Assembly: GCA_963666985.2 (NCBI GenBank)
Contig: CAXXIA010000002.1
Location: 1,824,001 to 1,888,000, forward strand
Direction of reading: 5' to 3'
Origin: Spirochaetia bacterium
GTDB taxonomy: Bacteria; Spirochaetota; Spirochaetia; DSM-2461
DNA: 64,000 nucleotides
In this document: piece by piece, positions 53,140 through 63,471 of the stretch
How the letters are laid out: each line of letters opens with the position of its first letter
Numbering within the stretch: position 1 is the first letter of the stretch
Program-made: the position numbers and the translations under genes
Notes under the pieces: generated by a model
What the model was told of the DNA's origin: nothing
Database searches by the model: none
The model's input: the letters and a program-made list of their open reading frames with translations, nothing else

Positions 53140-53697
53140 ATGAATAATAAAAGATCCTTCTTTTTAATTGTCATTTCAATCGTCGTTATTTCATTGCCAC
53201 CAATTTTCTATATTTTAAATTTTTGGGGAACTCCTCTTTCTTCAGAAAATATTGACTGGGGTGAATTTGGTTCTTATATTGGAGGAATCCTTACTCCAAT
53301 TCTATCTGTTATTACAATTCTAATACTAATTTTCCAGCAAATTAATTATCGAAAAGAAAATGAAAAATACAAAAAAGAGAAAATAGTTAATACCTACATT
53401 GATCTTTTATTTAAGGCTGAAGAAAAGTTAAGTAATACTGAAGAAGAAACAAAAAAGTTCCTTCCTCCAAGATATCAAAGAGTTAGCAAATCAGAGAATC
53501 CTAAAAATACTGGAGATTATCAGATAATTTGGGATTTTGTTGATGATTGGATATTATATAAAAAAATACAAGATAAAATTGCACTGATAGATCCAGAAAA
53601 TCCTGTAATTTCATATGCAAAAAATAAGTACAAAGATATTTTAATAACTCTTGAATCGCTAAAATATATAAAATTGAATAAGATTTATACGTTGTAG
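53140..53697 (+). CDS. Hypothetical two-TM membrane protein
   Basis: DWGEFGSYIGGILTPILS segment between two hydrophobic helices. Confidence 0.7.
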   Translation: MNNKRSFFLIVISIVVISLPPIFYILNFWGTPLSSENIDWGEFGSYIGGILTPILSVITILILIFQQINYRKENEKYKKEKIVNTYIDLLFKAEEKLSNTEEETKKFLPPRYQRVSKSENPKNTGDYQIIWDFVDDWILYKKIQDKIALIDPENPVISYAKNKYKDILITLESLKYIKLNKIYTL

Positions 53698-53745
53698 TAT
53701 TTCTTTGTCGAATAAAGAAAATTGTTTCCCATTAAATATTCCAGC

Positions 53746-53954
53746 CGATAACAGCTGTTGATGCGCTCCGGCTGATAACGGGGTTATCAGCCTTCGGGGC
53801 TTCGCCCAAATTTGCCTCTGTCATAGATTTTGCGTAAGTCTGACGTTGTGGTAAGATGAGTTGCAGTATGCGGTTGATATTGTGAAGAAACGCAAAATCT
53901 CCGCCAGTCGCCTTCGGCGAACGGCAAACTTCGCATAACAGCGGAACGTTAAAG
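53746..53954 (+). repeat. attC site 27
   Basis: AAC 53750, GTT 53948. Confidence 0.9.
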
Positions 53955-54285
53955 GAAATTCGGACGACGACAATGAGCGACCAGGACATCCTTTACATTT
54001 TAGGTTCAGGACATCGTTTACACTAAACAAGTTTAAACGAAGCATTTGAACCCATCAACAGAGGGTATAAATGCAAATGTTTTCCGATCAATTTCTCCTA
54101 ATCTTAAATTGTCAAACCAGACGGTAAAAGTCTCATCTTCATTTTCTCGAAGACCAACTTGGTATCCAACAAAGACATAACTGACGAAAATCCTGTGTCG
54201 GTCTATGGTCACCGCCCCACGATTATTTATCATTCTCACCTCATATCCGGATGGATATGGAATTCCCAGACTTCTATAGACACCT

Positions 54286-55104
54286 CTAGCTTGCAATAGA
54301 ACCCTTTTCAAATTCAACCGGAGAGATCCCGCCAAGATGCTTGTGGCGACGCTTCCGGTTGTAAAATGCTTCAATATAATCGAACACATCAGACCGTGCT
54401 TCATCCCTTGTTCGATATGTCTTCCGGCGAATCCGTTCCTTCTTCAAACTACCAAAGAATGATTCCATGGCTGCATTGTCCCAGCAGTTTCCACGACGGC
54501 TCATACTTCTCTTCAGTCCGTTGTCACGACAGAATCTAATCCAGTCACCGCTGTCAAATTGGCCGCCCTGATCGGAATGGATAAGGACTTTGTTTTTCGG
54601 GCGTCTCTTCCAAACAGCTGTCAGTAAGGCCTGGATAACCAGATCACGATGAAGCGTGTTCTGCATGGACCAGCCGATGATTCTCCTGGAATAAAGATCC
54701 ATGACAACTGCGAGATACAGCCAACCTTCATGAGTTCGAATATAGGTAATATCCGTTGTCCACGCAGTATCGGGTTCTTCTACATTAAAGTCCTGCTGGA
54801 GATGGTTCGGGGCAGCCTGGGACGGTTTTCCATACTTGAATCGACGCATCTTGAAGCCGACCATCGCCCTGATACCATGCTCTCGCATGATTCTGGCTAC
54901 TCGATGGACGCTGCAGGATTCTCCGTCTTCCATCAAATCCTCATGGATTCGTGGACTTCCGTAGACCTGATCGCTTTCTTCGTAGAAGTGGCGAATCTTC
55001 TTCAACAACCGAATGTCTTCAATCTTTCTCTCTGATTGAGGTTTTCTCAACCATGCATAGAATCCGCTTCGATTGACATCGAGAACCCGGCACATAGTCT
55101 TCAC
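54286..55104 (-). CDS. IS3 transposase OrfB
   Basis: WTTDITY, HSDQG and CWDNAAMESFF motifs. Confidence 0.92.
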   Translation of the reverse strand: MKTMCRVLDVNRSGFYAWLRKPQSERKIEDIRLLKKIRHFYEESDQVYGSPRIHEDLMEDGESCSVHRVARIMREHGIRAMVGFKMRRFKYGKPSQAAPNHLQQDFNVEEPDTAWTTDITYIRTHEGWLYLAVVMDLYSRRIIGWSMQNTLHRDLVIQALLTAVWKRRPKNKVLIHSDQGGQFDSGDWIRFCRDNGLKRSMSRRGNCWDNAAMESFFGSLKKERIRRKTYRTRDEARSDVFDYIEAFYNRKRRHKHLGGISPVEFEKGSIAS

Positions 55105-55142
55105 TCTGAATTCAGCCCTGTAGTTTTTGATGAAGGCATATC

Positions 55143-55430
55143 TTACTCGGACTGACTCGCGAAGTATGCCGCGGCTTTTTTTAAGATATCTCGCTCTTCC
55201 TGCACCCGCCGCAGCTCTGCTTTCAGCCTGGCATTCTCGACTTCAAGCTCCTTATTTGCTTTTGCCGATTCTGGTGCTTTTGGATTTCGAGAATCGGCCT
55301 TCAGCCACTTATAGAGGCTATGGGTTGAGACTCCTATACGCTCAGAGACTTCCTTGATGGAGTAGCCCCGCTCAACAACCTGGCCGACTGCTTCTGCCTT
55401 GAATTCGTCCGAATATCGCGGACTTCCCAT
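55143..55430 (-). CDS. IS3 transposase OrfA
   Basis: RYSDEFKAEAV...ERDILKKAAAYF. Confidence 0.9.
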   Translation of the reverse strand: MGSPRYSDEFKAEAVGQVVERGYSIKEVSERIGVSTHSLYKWLKADSRNPKAPESAKANKELEVENARLKAELRRVQEERDILKKAAAYFASQSE

Positions 55431-56548
55431 GATGTACACTCCTTCCTCATTTTGAGTTTAGCAGTGTCTATCAAAAGCTGGGAATTCCAATAAATCACCT
55501 GTGGAATCTGAGAAGGGAAGGGCCGTTTGGACTTTGTGTAAACACTTCCGGGAGTCTGCATTTTAAGAGCTTCATGAGGTCGAACACTGTTGAACTGATT
55601 TCTCCAGACATCAAAATGCGCCTGATGTTCAGAGAGGTTACCCTGAATCTGTCCCTGTAATTCCCGTTTGATATCGGCATGCATTCTCTCATGCCCCCCG
55701 TTCTCACAAGGTCGTCCCGGAGTGATGCGATCAAGTTCGATTCCCAAGGCCAACCACCAAACACTTAAGCGTGTGAGCCCCAGCAGTCCCTTCATGGAGG
55801 CAAAGGGAGGTCCGTTGTCGGACCTAATGACTCTGGGCATTCCATAGATGGAAAAGAGCTTCTCAAACTCGGTTCTAACTTCTTGTGTGTCAGCCTTTTG
55901 GAGTGCTTTGATGGTAAAGATGTATTTGGAAAACTCATCCCGAACGGTCAAAGGTTCACATCGTTCTCCCTCGGGAGTATACCACCAGCCTTTGAAATCC
56001 ACGGTCCAGATGTCATTCGGCTGCTTGGCTTGAAGACGGCTCTGGATTCGCTGAGATTTATTCTGCCGGCGTTTCTTTCGGTGCACTACCAGACCTGCTT
56101 TATCCAGGATGCGTTTCACGGTGGTCAGACTTGGACTCTCCTGGTGGGGATGTGTCTTCTGGTAGATATCGAGGATTTTCTTTGGCCCCCATTTGGTGTG
56201 TCGTGATTTGATTCGGACGATGTCGCAGATGACATTCTCCGGTGTCTGGTGAGGGCAGATACGAGGTTTCCTGGTTCTTTCATTCAGGCCGGCGAGCCCT
56301 TCCTGAATAAACCGGTTTTTCCATTTAAGGCCTGTCGGCCGGGAGATCCCGTACTCAGCACAGAGGTCTTTCATACAGACATGGGGATCCATGGCCTTGA
56401 GGGCGAACTCGAATTTGACGTCCATAATATTGGTCTCCTTCCACGGCATAATCAGCACCTCGATAAGGGAAAGTACTGATCATTTTAGTCCTTGTCGTGT
56501 AAAGGATGTCCTGGTACTCTCGTGTAAACGATGTCGTGGACCCGTACC

Positions 56549-57281
56549 GACAAGAAAGGGGCTTCTTTTTTTGAGGTGTTTTTCTATGGCAACTCTTTCC
56601 CTTTTATTTGGCTAAGTACGTGAACCTAAACCCCTTCAAGTGTGAATTTCTTTTTTGAGGCCTTCCACCTCTGTAAAAGATAAAGGTCAATTTAATCCGG
56701 CTTTCTCCTCACCCCAACACCATAACAAACATCTTTATATGAGAATCCAGAACGCATCGGAACATTTCTCGCTTCATTCTTAGATACTTTTAGTGCGAAG
56801 GCGGTCAGTTCCAGAGAAGTTGTCAGAGAGACTTTTATGGTTATTAAAAAGAATGGGAGTTGCTCATAGTTGAATCCTTCGCAGTTAATAAATCTCGCAT
56901 CGAAAAAGGATACGCTTATGAATTATTGGGTTCAAGAAGATTGGGTGGTAGCCTAAGAGTATGAATTAATGAATTTACTGTTCATGGAGATTGTTATGGC
57001 CGTGGTTCGCTATTAATGGTTTAGGCAGAACGCTTTAAGAGCATGCCTGTGTATATGGAGAAGATGAACAAAAGGTTTTATAGAATCCGTTCTGATAGAA
57101 GAGTGGTCTTGGAAGGCTAATCGCATCAGAAGATGTCCTTGTAAAGTGAAGAGGCGGGGAAAGTGTAAATACTGGTCAGTATGCTGAGAATAAAAAATGT
57201 TCCGATGAAAGAATCAAAACGGAAGAGGGGGTGAGGAGCAAGAGAGGTTGGTAAGGGCTCGTCGTCCGAACTTCCTTTAAC
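56549..57281 (+). other. Long ORF-less cassette, type L, divergent copy 5 (5' end at 53948-53973)
   Basis: Colinear but diverged; keeps the terminal and internal complementary motifs; lacks about 80 bp near the 3' end. Confidence 0.72.
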
Positions 57282-57506
57282 AGCTGTTGATGCGCGGCGG
57301 CCGCTAATGGAATTAGCGGCCTTGGGCCGAGGAGATGTGTATTATTTAAGAATTATGCCATTTGCCAAAGAGATCATTCACATTGATTCGGCTCGGCCAA
57401 ATTGGCCCTTTGACCAAACCCTGCGAAAATTGTGATACAATTTCCTTGAGTTTGTTCAAGCCCGCAAGGGGCCGGGCCAACTTCGCATACCAGCGGAACG
57501 TTTGAC
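57275..57506 (+). repeat. attC site 28
   Basis: AAC 57279, GTT 57500. Confidence 0.88.
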
Positions 57507-57576
57507 GATAAAATCTGAAATATCTTTTTGAGTCATCTATGCATCAATAAATTGCGATTAATTTACCATAAATAAA

Positions 57577-58424
57577 TTATTCAACTTTGTAGACATGAAG
57601 TCCATTCATCTGATTAGCCAGATAGATGAAGTTTCCATCACCCCATACGTCATAGGCAATTCCTCCTTGGTCATCTGAATCAATAGAGGTCAGATTTCCC
57701 GAAGAGTCAACCGAATAACTGTAAATACCATTTCCACCACGAGCAACATATAAGAAATTTCCATCACCACATACACTATAGGCAGTTGTTCCCAAAGCCT
57801 CGGAATCGATATGGGTTAAGTTTCCTGAAGAGTCAACTGAATAACTGTAAATACCACTTCCACCACGAGCAACATATATAAAGTTTCCATCACCCCATAC
57901 AGCATAGGCATCCTGACCGGGATCATCGCAATCGATATGGGTTAGATTTCCTGAAGAATCAACCGAATAGCTGTGAAGTCCTCCTTCTCCATTAGCTAAA
58001 TAGATAAAATCATCATCACCCCACACACCACGTGCAATTTCTCCCGGATCATCGGAATCGATGAGGGTTAGATTTCCTGAAGAATCAACAGAAAAACTGT
58101 AAATCCCACTTGTTCCATTAGCTAAATATATGAAGTCTTCATCACCCCATACATCAAATGCAAATCCTCCATGGTCATCAGAATCGATCTTGTTTAGAAT
58201 CCCTGAAGAGTCAACCGAATAGCTAAGGAGTCCTCTATATCCATTAGCTAGATATATAAAGTTTCCATCACCCCATACACCCAAGGCCAATTCTCCCGGA
58301 TCATCGGAATCGATGTGGGATAGAATCCCGGAAGAATCAACCGAATAGGTTTTAAAACTTCCAGAAAAGTTTGCAATATAAACGAAGTCACCATCACTCC
58401 AAACACCATTTGCTTGACTACCTG
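57577..58424 (-). pseudogene. 5'-truncated LVIVD-like repeat protein, paralogue of 17411-18397
   Basis: Same 42-aa repeats; N-terminus replaced by the IS3 end. Confidence 0.8.
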
Positions 58425-58454
58425 TGAACCACACCGGGATTCCCGGAGGCTGTT

Positions 58455-59366
58455 TTAGTTGAGTCCGGCAGCTACTGCCGAACATTCTTCCTGTTCATAA
58501 TACATCGATTCAAACTTCGCCGGGGGGATATCTCCAAGCGGCTCCATGATTCGGCGGTTGTTGTACCAGTCCACCCAGTCCAGGGTTTCCAATTCAACCT
58601 GTTCTATTCTCTGCCATGAGCTCCTCCGGTGGATGACTTCGGCTTTGTAGAGACCGTTGATAGTCTCAGCCATTGCGTTATCGTACGAGTCTCCTTTGCT
58701 CCCAACCGAAGGCTCGATACCGGCCTCTGTCAATCGATCCGAATATCGAAACGAAAGATACTGCCTTCCACGATCACTGTGATGAATCAGACCGTCGACT
58801 ACTTCCCTGGCCCAAAGCGCCTGATTGAGCGCATCAAGAGTAAAGTCGGTTTTCATCGACCGGCTAGCTCGCCAACCGACGATCATCCGGGAGAAGACAT
58901 CAATGATGAAGGCAACATAGACGAAGCCCTGCCAGGTGGAAACGTAGGTGAAATCCGCAACCCAAAGCCGATTCGGCTTGGAAGCTGTGAAATCTCTGTT
59001 AACCAGATCCTCGGGTCTTTCATCTTTCGGTGACGGGAAGGTGGTCTTGGTTCCCTTGCCCCGAATGACGCCTCTGAGACCCATAGAACGCATAAGACGT
59101 TCGACGGTACACCTGGCTACATGGAGATGCTTCTCATTTCTAAGAACCTTCCAGACTTTCCTGGCGCCGTAGACTCTACGGTTCTCATCCCATATCTCCT
59201 GAATCTCATTTTTAAGAAACCGGTCTCGACGTGTTCGATCAGGTTCGAGTTCAGGATCAGCTTCTCTTGCTTTTTGTAGATGATAGGTCGACGGAGCAAT
59301 CGGCAGTGATTTGCAGATAGGCTCGACTCCATATTCTTCCCGGTTCTCATTGATAAAACCGACCAT
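58455..59366 (-). CDS. IS3 transposase OrfB
   Basis: WVADFTYV, HHSDRG and SYDNAMAETING motifs. Confidence 0.92.
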   Translation of the reverse strand: MVGFINENREEYGVEPICKSLPIAPSTYHLQKAREADPELEPDRTRRDRFLKNEIQEIWDENRRVYGARKVWKVLRNEKHLHVARCTVERLMRSMGLRGVIRGKGTKTTFPSPKDERPEDLVNRDFTASKPNRLWVADFTYVSTWQGFVYVAFIIDVFSRMIVGWRASRSMKTDFTLDALNQALWAREVVDGLIHHSDRGRQYLSFRYSDRLTEAGIEPSVGSKGDSYDNAMAETINGLYKAEVIHRRSSWQRIEQVELETLDWVDWYNNRRIMEPLGDIPPAKFESMYYEQEECSAVAAGLN

Positions 59367-59686
59367 CAGTTCTTTCGGCGGTCGAGCTCCGCCTGGGCAA
59401 AATACGCTGAGGCCTTTCGAAGAATTTCGTTGGCAGTACGAAGTTCTCGATTCTCCTTTTCCAGCTCTTTAAGACGCTTACGCTCTTCACTGGTTAGACC
59501 ATCCCGCTGCCCTTCATCGATTTCTGCCTGCCGAACCCATTTCCGGAGTGTTTCGGGTGTACAGCCGATCTTAGCGGATATTGAACAAATCGCCGACCAC
59601 TGAGATTCGCTGTCCTTCTGCTTCTCAAACACCATCCGGACAGATTGTTCCCGGACTTCCTTGGGGTACCTTGTTTGCTTTCCCAT
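59366..59686 (-). CDS. IS3 transposase OrfA
   Basis: RYPKEVRE...ANEILRKASAYFAQAELDR. Confidence 0.92.
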   Translation of the reverse strand: MGKQTRYPKEVREQSVRMVFEKQKDSESQWSAICSISAKIGCTPETLRKWVRQAEIDEGQRDGLTSEERKRLKELEKENRELRTANEILRKASAYFAQAELDRRKN

Positions 59687-59736
59687 GACACAATCCTCTC
59701 AAGTAATTGTGCCTCCGGTAAAGCCGGGGTGGTTCA

Positions 59737-60401
59737 CTACTCATTCAAATGATGCGTTAGTACCTCTACCCGACAAAGCTATCTGGGCTGCAACAAATAA
59801 GAATCTTTATCAAGGCCGACTTGATGTTCGATCACTTAGAGCAATTACTGGAACTATAGAATCAGAACTTGCTGTCTTTACAGAAGACCTTTTTGCAAAA
59901 GAATGGATAGAAAGTATCCTTCGACACAACGCTATTGAAAATTTCGACAGAATTGAGGTGCATGCTCTTTCAGGTGATGGTACTGCAGTTAAACTTCACA
60001 AGAATCACAACGCAGATCCAGCTGTGAAAGTACCGTCAATATGTTTCATTGATGGAGATTCCAAGCAGGAAGAATCTGAGGACCTAATGATCTATCGACT
60101 GCCAGGAGAATGCCCTGAGTCTTATATCTGTAACAAAGTTAATGATAAAATCGATGAGTTTATGGCAGAACTTGCTATTTCGTTGCATCTTGCTTATGAA
60201 AAACAAGAAAGAGTTAAAGAGGTTATTGGCTCAATTCTAACAACGAACTACGATCCTCATTTATTATTTTCACAGATTGGTAAGAAAATCGCATTTGTAT
60301 CTGAAACCATAGTACGAAACGCATTCCTTTCGATTTGGAATAAATCCTATAGCAGTGAATCTGGAGAGATCTATAGAACAATTAGTTCACATCTAACTTA
60401 A
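59737..60401 (+). pseudogene. 5'-truncated ABC-ATPase/TOPRIM (OLD-like) protein
   Basis: Begins at the TTHS H-loop; VFTED and FIDGD TOPRIM-like motifs; no native start. Confidence 0.65.
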
Positions 60402-60447
60402 TGATCGCTATATTTATAAGAAAATCATGTGCTGAAATGTTCTGTTC

Positions 60448-60653
60448 GTTTAACAGCTGTTGATGCGCTCCGGCGGTAACGAGGTTACCGCCTCCGGGGC
60501 TCTGCCCAAATTTGCCTCTGTCATAGATTTTGCGGAAGGCTTTCGCTGTGATAAAATGAGTTGCGGTTAGCGGTTGAAGTTGTGAAGAAGCGCAAAATCT
60601 CCGCCAGTCGCTTGAGCGAACGGCAAACTTCGCATAACAGCGGAACGTTAGAC
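60448..60653 (+). repeat. attC site 29
   Basis: AAC 60452, GTT 60647. Confidence 0.9.
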
Positions 60654-60817
60654 GGCGTTCTCGTTTAAATCCATATATAGAAAAAAATAGTTATAGATTA
60701 AGGTTAATTCAATATAGGCAAAGTATGTACATGATCCGGTTTATGCGTGCAAGAAAACAAAATAAATGCACATAATAGTGTTGATAAGTTCCTAAAACCT
60801 CCTAATATGTACATAAG

Positions 60818-61903
60818 ATGACGAGCGCATACAACGATTTACCACTACTACCACCTACAGCAGATTTGCAGACGAAAGAACTCCTCAAAGCAGCAATAAG
60901 CGCTAACGTAGAGCTTGCCCGGTTAAAGGGATACTGTACTCTTCTTCCCAACGATTCAATTCTACTAAGCTCTCTCGTCTTAAAAGAGGCGAGGGCTAGT
61001 TCTAATATTGAAAATATCATCACAACGCACGATGCACTTTATCAGGCAGCGGCCAGTAAGAGTCCGGTTACAGATCCTCAGACTAAAGAGGTTTTGAATT
61101 ACCGAGCAGCGCTGTATCGAGGTAATGCTTTCATTCGAGAAAAAGGTATTTTAACGGTTAATACAATCCTTGGGATTCAAGAAGAACTTGAAAAAAACTC
61201 TGCCGGCATCAGACGTCTTCCAGGAACGAGTCTGGTAAATGATTCCACTGGAGAGGTTATCTATACGCCACCGGACAATCCTGATTCGATACAAGCACTT
61301 CTTAAGAATTTAGAGGTTTATATCAATACCGATGATGATATGGATGCACTGATAAAAATGGCGGTCATTCATTATCAGTTTGAATCAATTCATCCTTTTT
61401 ATGATGGTAACGGGAGAACCGGAAGAATCCTCAACGTTCTTTTTCTAGTGCTTAAAGGGTTGCTGGATAGTCCTATTCTTTATTTGAGCTCTTATATCAA
61501 TAGAAACCGATCAGAATATTATAAACGGCTTCAATCGGTTCGAACAAATGAAGGATGGGAAAGTTGGATTGGATTTATGCTCAAAGCGGTTGAGGTGACA
61601 TCGAAAGAAACGTTGCTGCTTATCACTTCCATCACAGCACTTATGGAAAGTACAACGGAAAAGGCGAAGTTGGGTTTACCATCAACCAGTTATTCAAAAG
61701 AGTTAATCGAGTTGATATTTGAAAATCCGTATACGAAAATCGAGCATGTTGTAAATCGTGGTTTGGCGGAACGCCGAACAGCGAGTAAGTATCTCAAGCA
61801 GTTGGAGGGAATAGGGATTCTCCAATCATACAAGGCGGGTAAAGAGATTCTGTTTATCAATAAAGGCCTTTATGAAGTATTAAAGAGAGAGAACGCCGTC
61901 TAA
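60818..61903 (+). CDS. fic: Fic-family AMPylase (class II, SoFic-like)
   Basis: HPFYDGNGRTGR active site; N-terminal SSNIEN inhibitory motif; C-terminal HTH. Confidence 0.93.
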   Translation: MTSAYNDLPLLPPTADLQTKELLKAAISANVELARLKGYCTLLPNDSILLSSLVLKEARASSNIENIITTHDALYQAAASKSPVTDPQTKEVLNYRAALYRGNAFIREKGILTVNTILGIQEELEKNSAGIRRLPGTSLVNDSTGEVIYTPPDNPDSIQALLKNLEVYINTDDDMDALIKMAVIHYQFESIHPFYDGNGRTGRILNVLFLVLKGLLDSPILYLSSYINRNRSEYYKRLQSVRTNEGWESWIGFMLKAVEVTSKETLLLITSITALMESTTEKAKLGLPSTSYSKELIELIFENPYTKIEHVVNRGLAERRTASKYLKQLEGIGILQSYKAGKEILFINKGLYEVLKRENAV

Positions 61904-62110
61904 CAGCTGTTGATGCGCTCCGAATACATTTGCAAGCAAATGTATTCTCCGGGGCTCCGCCCAAATTTCGCTTTGTCATGGCTCTTGCAGATGCGTTTCT
62001 GTAAGTTGTGTGATAATCTGAAGAGCGAACGGGCTTTCTGTTAAAGGCAAGAGCACATGCCAACCGGCTGCGCCGGCCGCGAAACTTCGCATACCAGCGG
62101 AACGTTAAAT
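61898..62110 (+). repeat. attC site 30
   Basis: AAC 61902 overlaps the fic stop; GTT 62104. Confidence 0.9.
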
Positions 62111-62128
62111 GAAAACACAAAATAAATT

Positions 62129-63471
62129 TGAGCGACCAGGACATCCTTTACATTTTAGGTTCAGGACATCGTTTACACAAAACAAGCTTAAACGAAGCAT
62201 TTGAATCCATCAACTGAAGGGAGAAAGGCATAGGTTTTCAAATCAATTTCTCCCAATCTGAGATTGTCAAACCATACGGTGAAGCTCTCATCCTCATTCT
62301 CCCGAAGTCCAACTTGGTATCCTGAAAAGACATAACTGACAAAGACTCTATGCCTGTCGATAGTAACGGCTCCCCGATTATTCACCATTCTCACCAGATA
62401 CCCGGCCGGGTAGATCACCTGAGGGATTCGAGGAGGGAAAGGCCGATTGGACTTTGTGTAAATACTTCCGGGAGTCTGCATTTTGAGAGCTTCATGCGGA
62501 CGAACACTGTTGAATTGATTTCTCCAAACATCAAAGTGTGCCTGATGTTCTGAGAGGTTCCCTTGAATCTGTCCCTGCAATTCGCGTTTGATATCGGCAT
62601 GCATTCTTTCATGCCCTCCGTTTTCACAAGGCCTTCCTGGAGTGATGCGATCAAGTTCAATTCCCAAGGCCAGCCACCAAACACTTAAGCGGGTGAGTCC
62701 GAGTAATCCCTTCATGGAAGCAAAGGGTGGTCCGTTATCGGAGCGGATTACCCGAGGGATTCCATAGAGAGAAAAGAGCTTTTCGAACTCTGTTCTAACT
62801 TCTTGTGTGTCAGCCTTTTGGAGAGCTTTGATGGTGAAGATGTATTTGGAGTATTCATCCCGAACCGTCAGAGGTTCACACTTTTCATTATCGGGAGTGT
62901 ACCACCATCCTTTGAAGTCGACCGTCCAGATATCATTAGGGGCTTTGGCCTGCAGATGTGTTTGGATTCGGCTGCCTTTGGTCTGCTGCCGTTTCTTTCG
63001 ATGATGAACCAGTCCTGCTTTATCAAGGATGCGTTTGACGGTGGTGAGGCTTGGGGGATTATTATGAGGATGGGTCTTCTGGTAGATCTCGAGAATCTTT
63101 TTTGGCCCCCAGCTGGAGTTGTGCAACGTCTTGATCCGGATAATACCGCATATAACGTCTTCAGGCGTTTGGTTGGGGCTGCTGCGAGGTCTACGGGGTC
63201 GTTCCTTCAACCCGGCGAGCCCTTCCTGGATAAACCGGTTTTTCCATTTAAGGCCTGTCGGCCGGGAGATCCCGTACTCAGCACAGAGGTCTTTCATACA
63301 GACATGGGGATCCATGGCCTTGAGGGCGAACTCGAATTTGACGTCCATAATATTGGTCTCCTTCCACGGCATAACCAGCACCTCGATAAGGGAAAGTGCT
63401 GATCATTTTAGTTCTTGTCGTGTAAAGGATGTCCTGGTACTCTCGTGTAAACGATGTCCTGAACCCGTACC
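62129..63471 (-). mobile_element. IS481-family element, isoform A, copy 5
   Basis: Same ends as copy 1; TSD AATT. Confidence 0.88.
62188..63381 (-). CDS. IS481-family DDE transposase
   Basis: Translation identical to 14877-16070. Confidence 0.92.
   Translation of the reverse strand: MLVMPWKETNIMDVKFEFALKAMDPHVCMKDLCAEYGISRPTGLKWKNRFIQEGLAGLKERPRRPRSSPNQTPEDVICGIIRIKTLHNSSWGPKKILEIYQKTHPHNNPPSLTTVKRILDKAGLVHHRKKRQQTKGSRIQTHLQAKAPNDIWTVDFKGWWYTPDNEKCEPLTVRDEYSKYIFTIKALQKADTQEVRTEFEKLFSLYGIPRVIRSDNGPPFASMKGLLGLTRLSVWWLALGIELDRITPGRPCENGGHERMHADIKRELQGQIQGNLSEHQAHFDVWRNQFNSVRPHEALKMQTPGSIYTKSNRPFPPRIPQVIYPAGYLVRMVNNRGAVTIDRHRVFVSYVFSGYQVGLRENEDESFTVWFDNLRLGEIDLKTYAFLPSVDGFKCFV

Larger units (their letters stand above)
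54258..55489 (-). mobile_element. IS3-family element
   Basis: TGGAATTCCCAG inverted ends; 3-bp TSD ATA; orfA/orfB. Confidence 0.92.
54033..56458 (-). pseudogene. IS481 transposase split by IS3
   Basis: N-terminal part ends at ...IPQVIY; C-terminal part resumes at YPSGYEV. Confidence 0.88.
53974..56548 (-). mobile_element. IS481-family element, isoform B, copy 4, interrupted by IS3
   Basis: Same ends as copy 2; TSD GACAA. Confidence 0.88.
58425..59736 (-). mobile_element. IS3-family element (IS51/IS629-like), no TSD
   Basis: TGAACCAC...GTGGTTCA inverted ends; orfA/orfB. Confidence 0.92.
2720..62110 (+). mobile_element. Integron-like gene cassette array, 30 attC sites in window, integrase not seen
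   Basis: Recurrent imperfect palindromes bounded by AAC and GTT; cassette ends mutually complementary; duplicated cassettes share the downstream attC, which fixes + orientation. Confidence 0.92.

Noticed and set aside
54033..60401. Apparent fusion ORFs 54033-54404, 55334-56458, 57577-58485 and 59661-60401
   Set aside because: Each crosses an IS junction and is a chimera of a truncated gene and IS-end sequence.
2720..62110. CRISPR array or REP/BIME reading of the repeats
   Set aside because: Repeats are 135-275 bp, separated by gene-sized units with paired AAC/GTT ends, and no cas genes are present; this fits attC sites.
2732..62144. Many 60-130 aa ORFs overlapping the repeats (e.g. 2732-2986, 7859-8128, 27656-27919, 48199-48576)
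   Set aside because: They are translations of attC sequence, recur in varying frames and lack RBSs.
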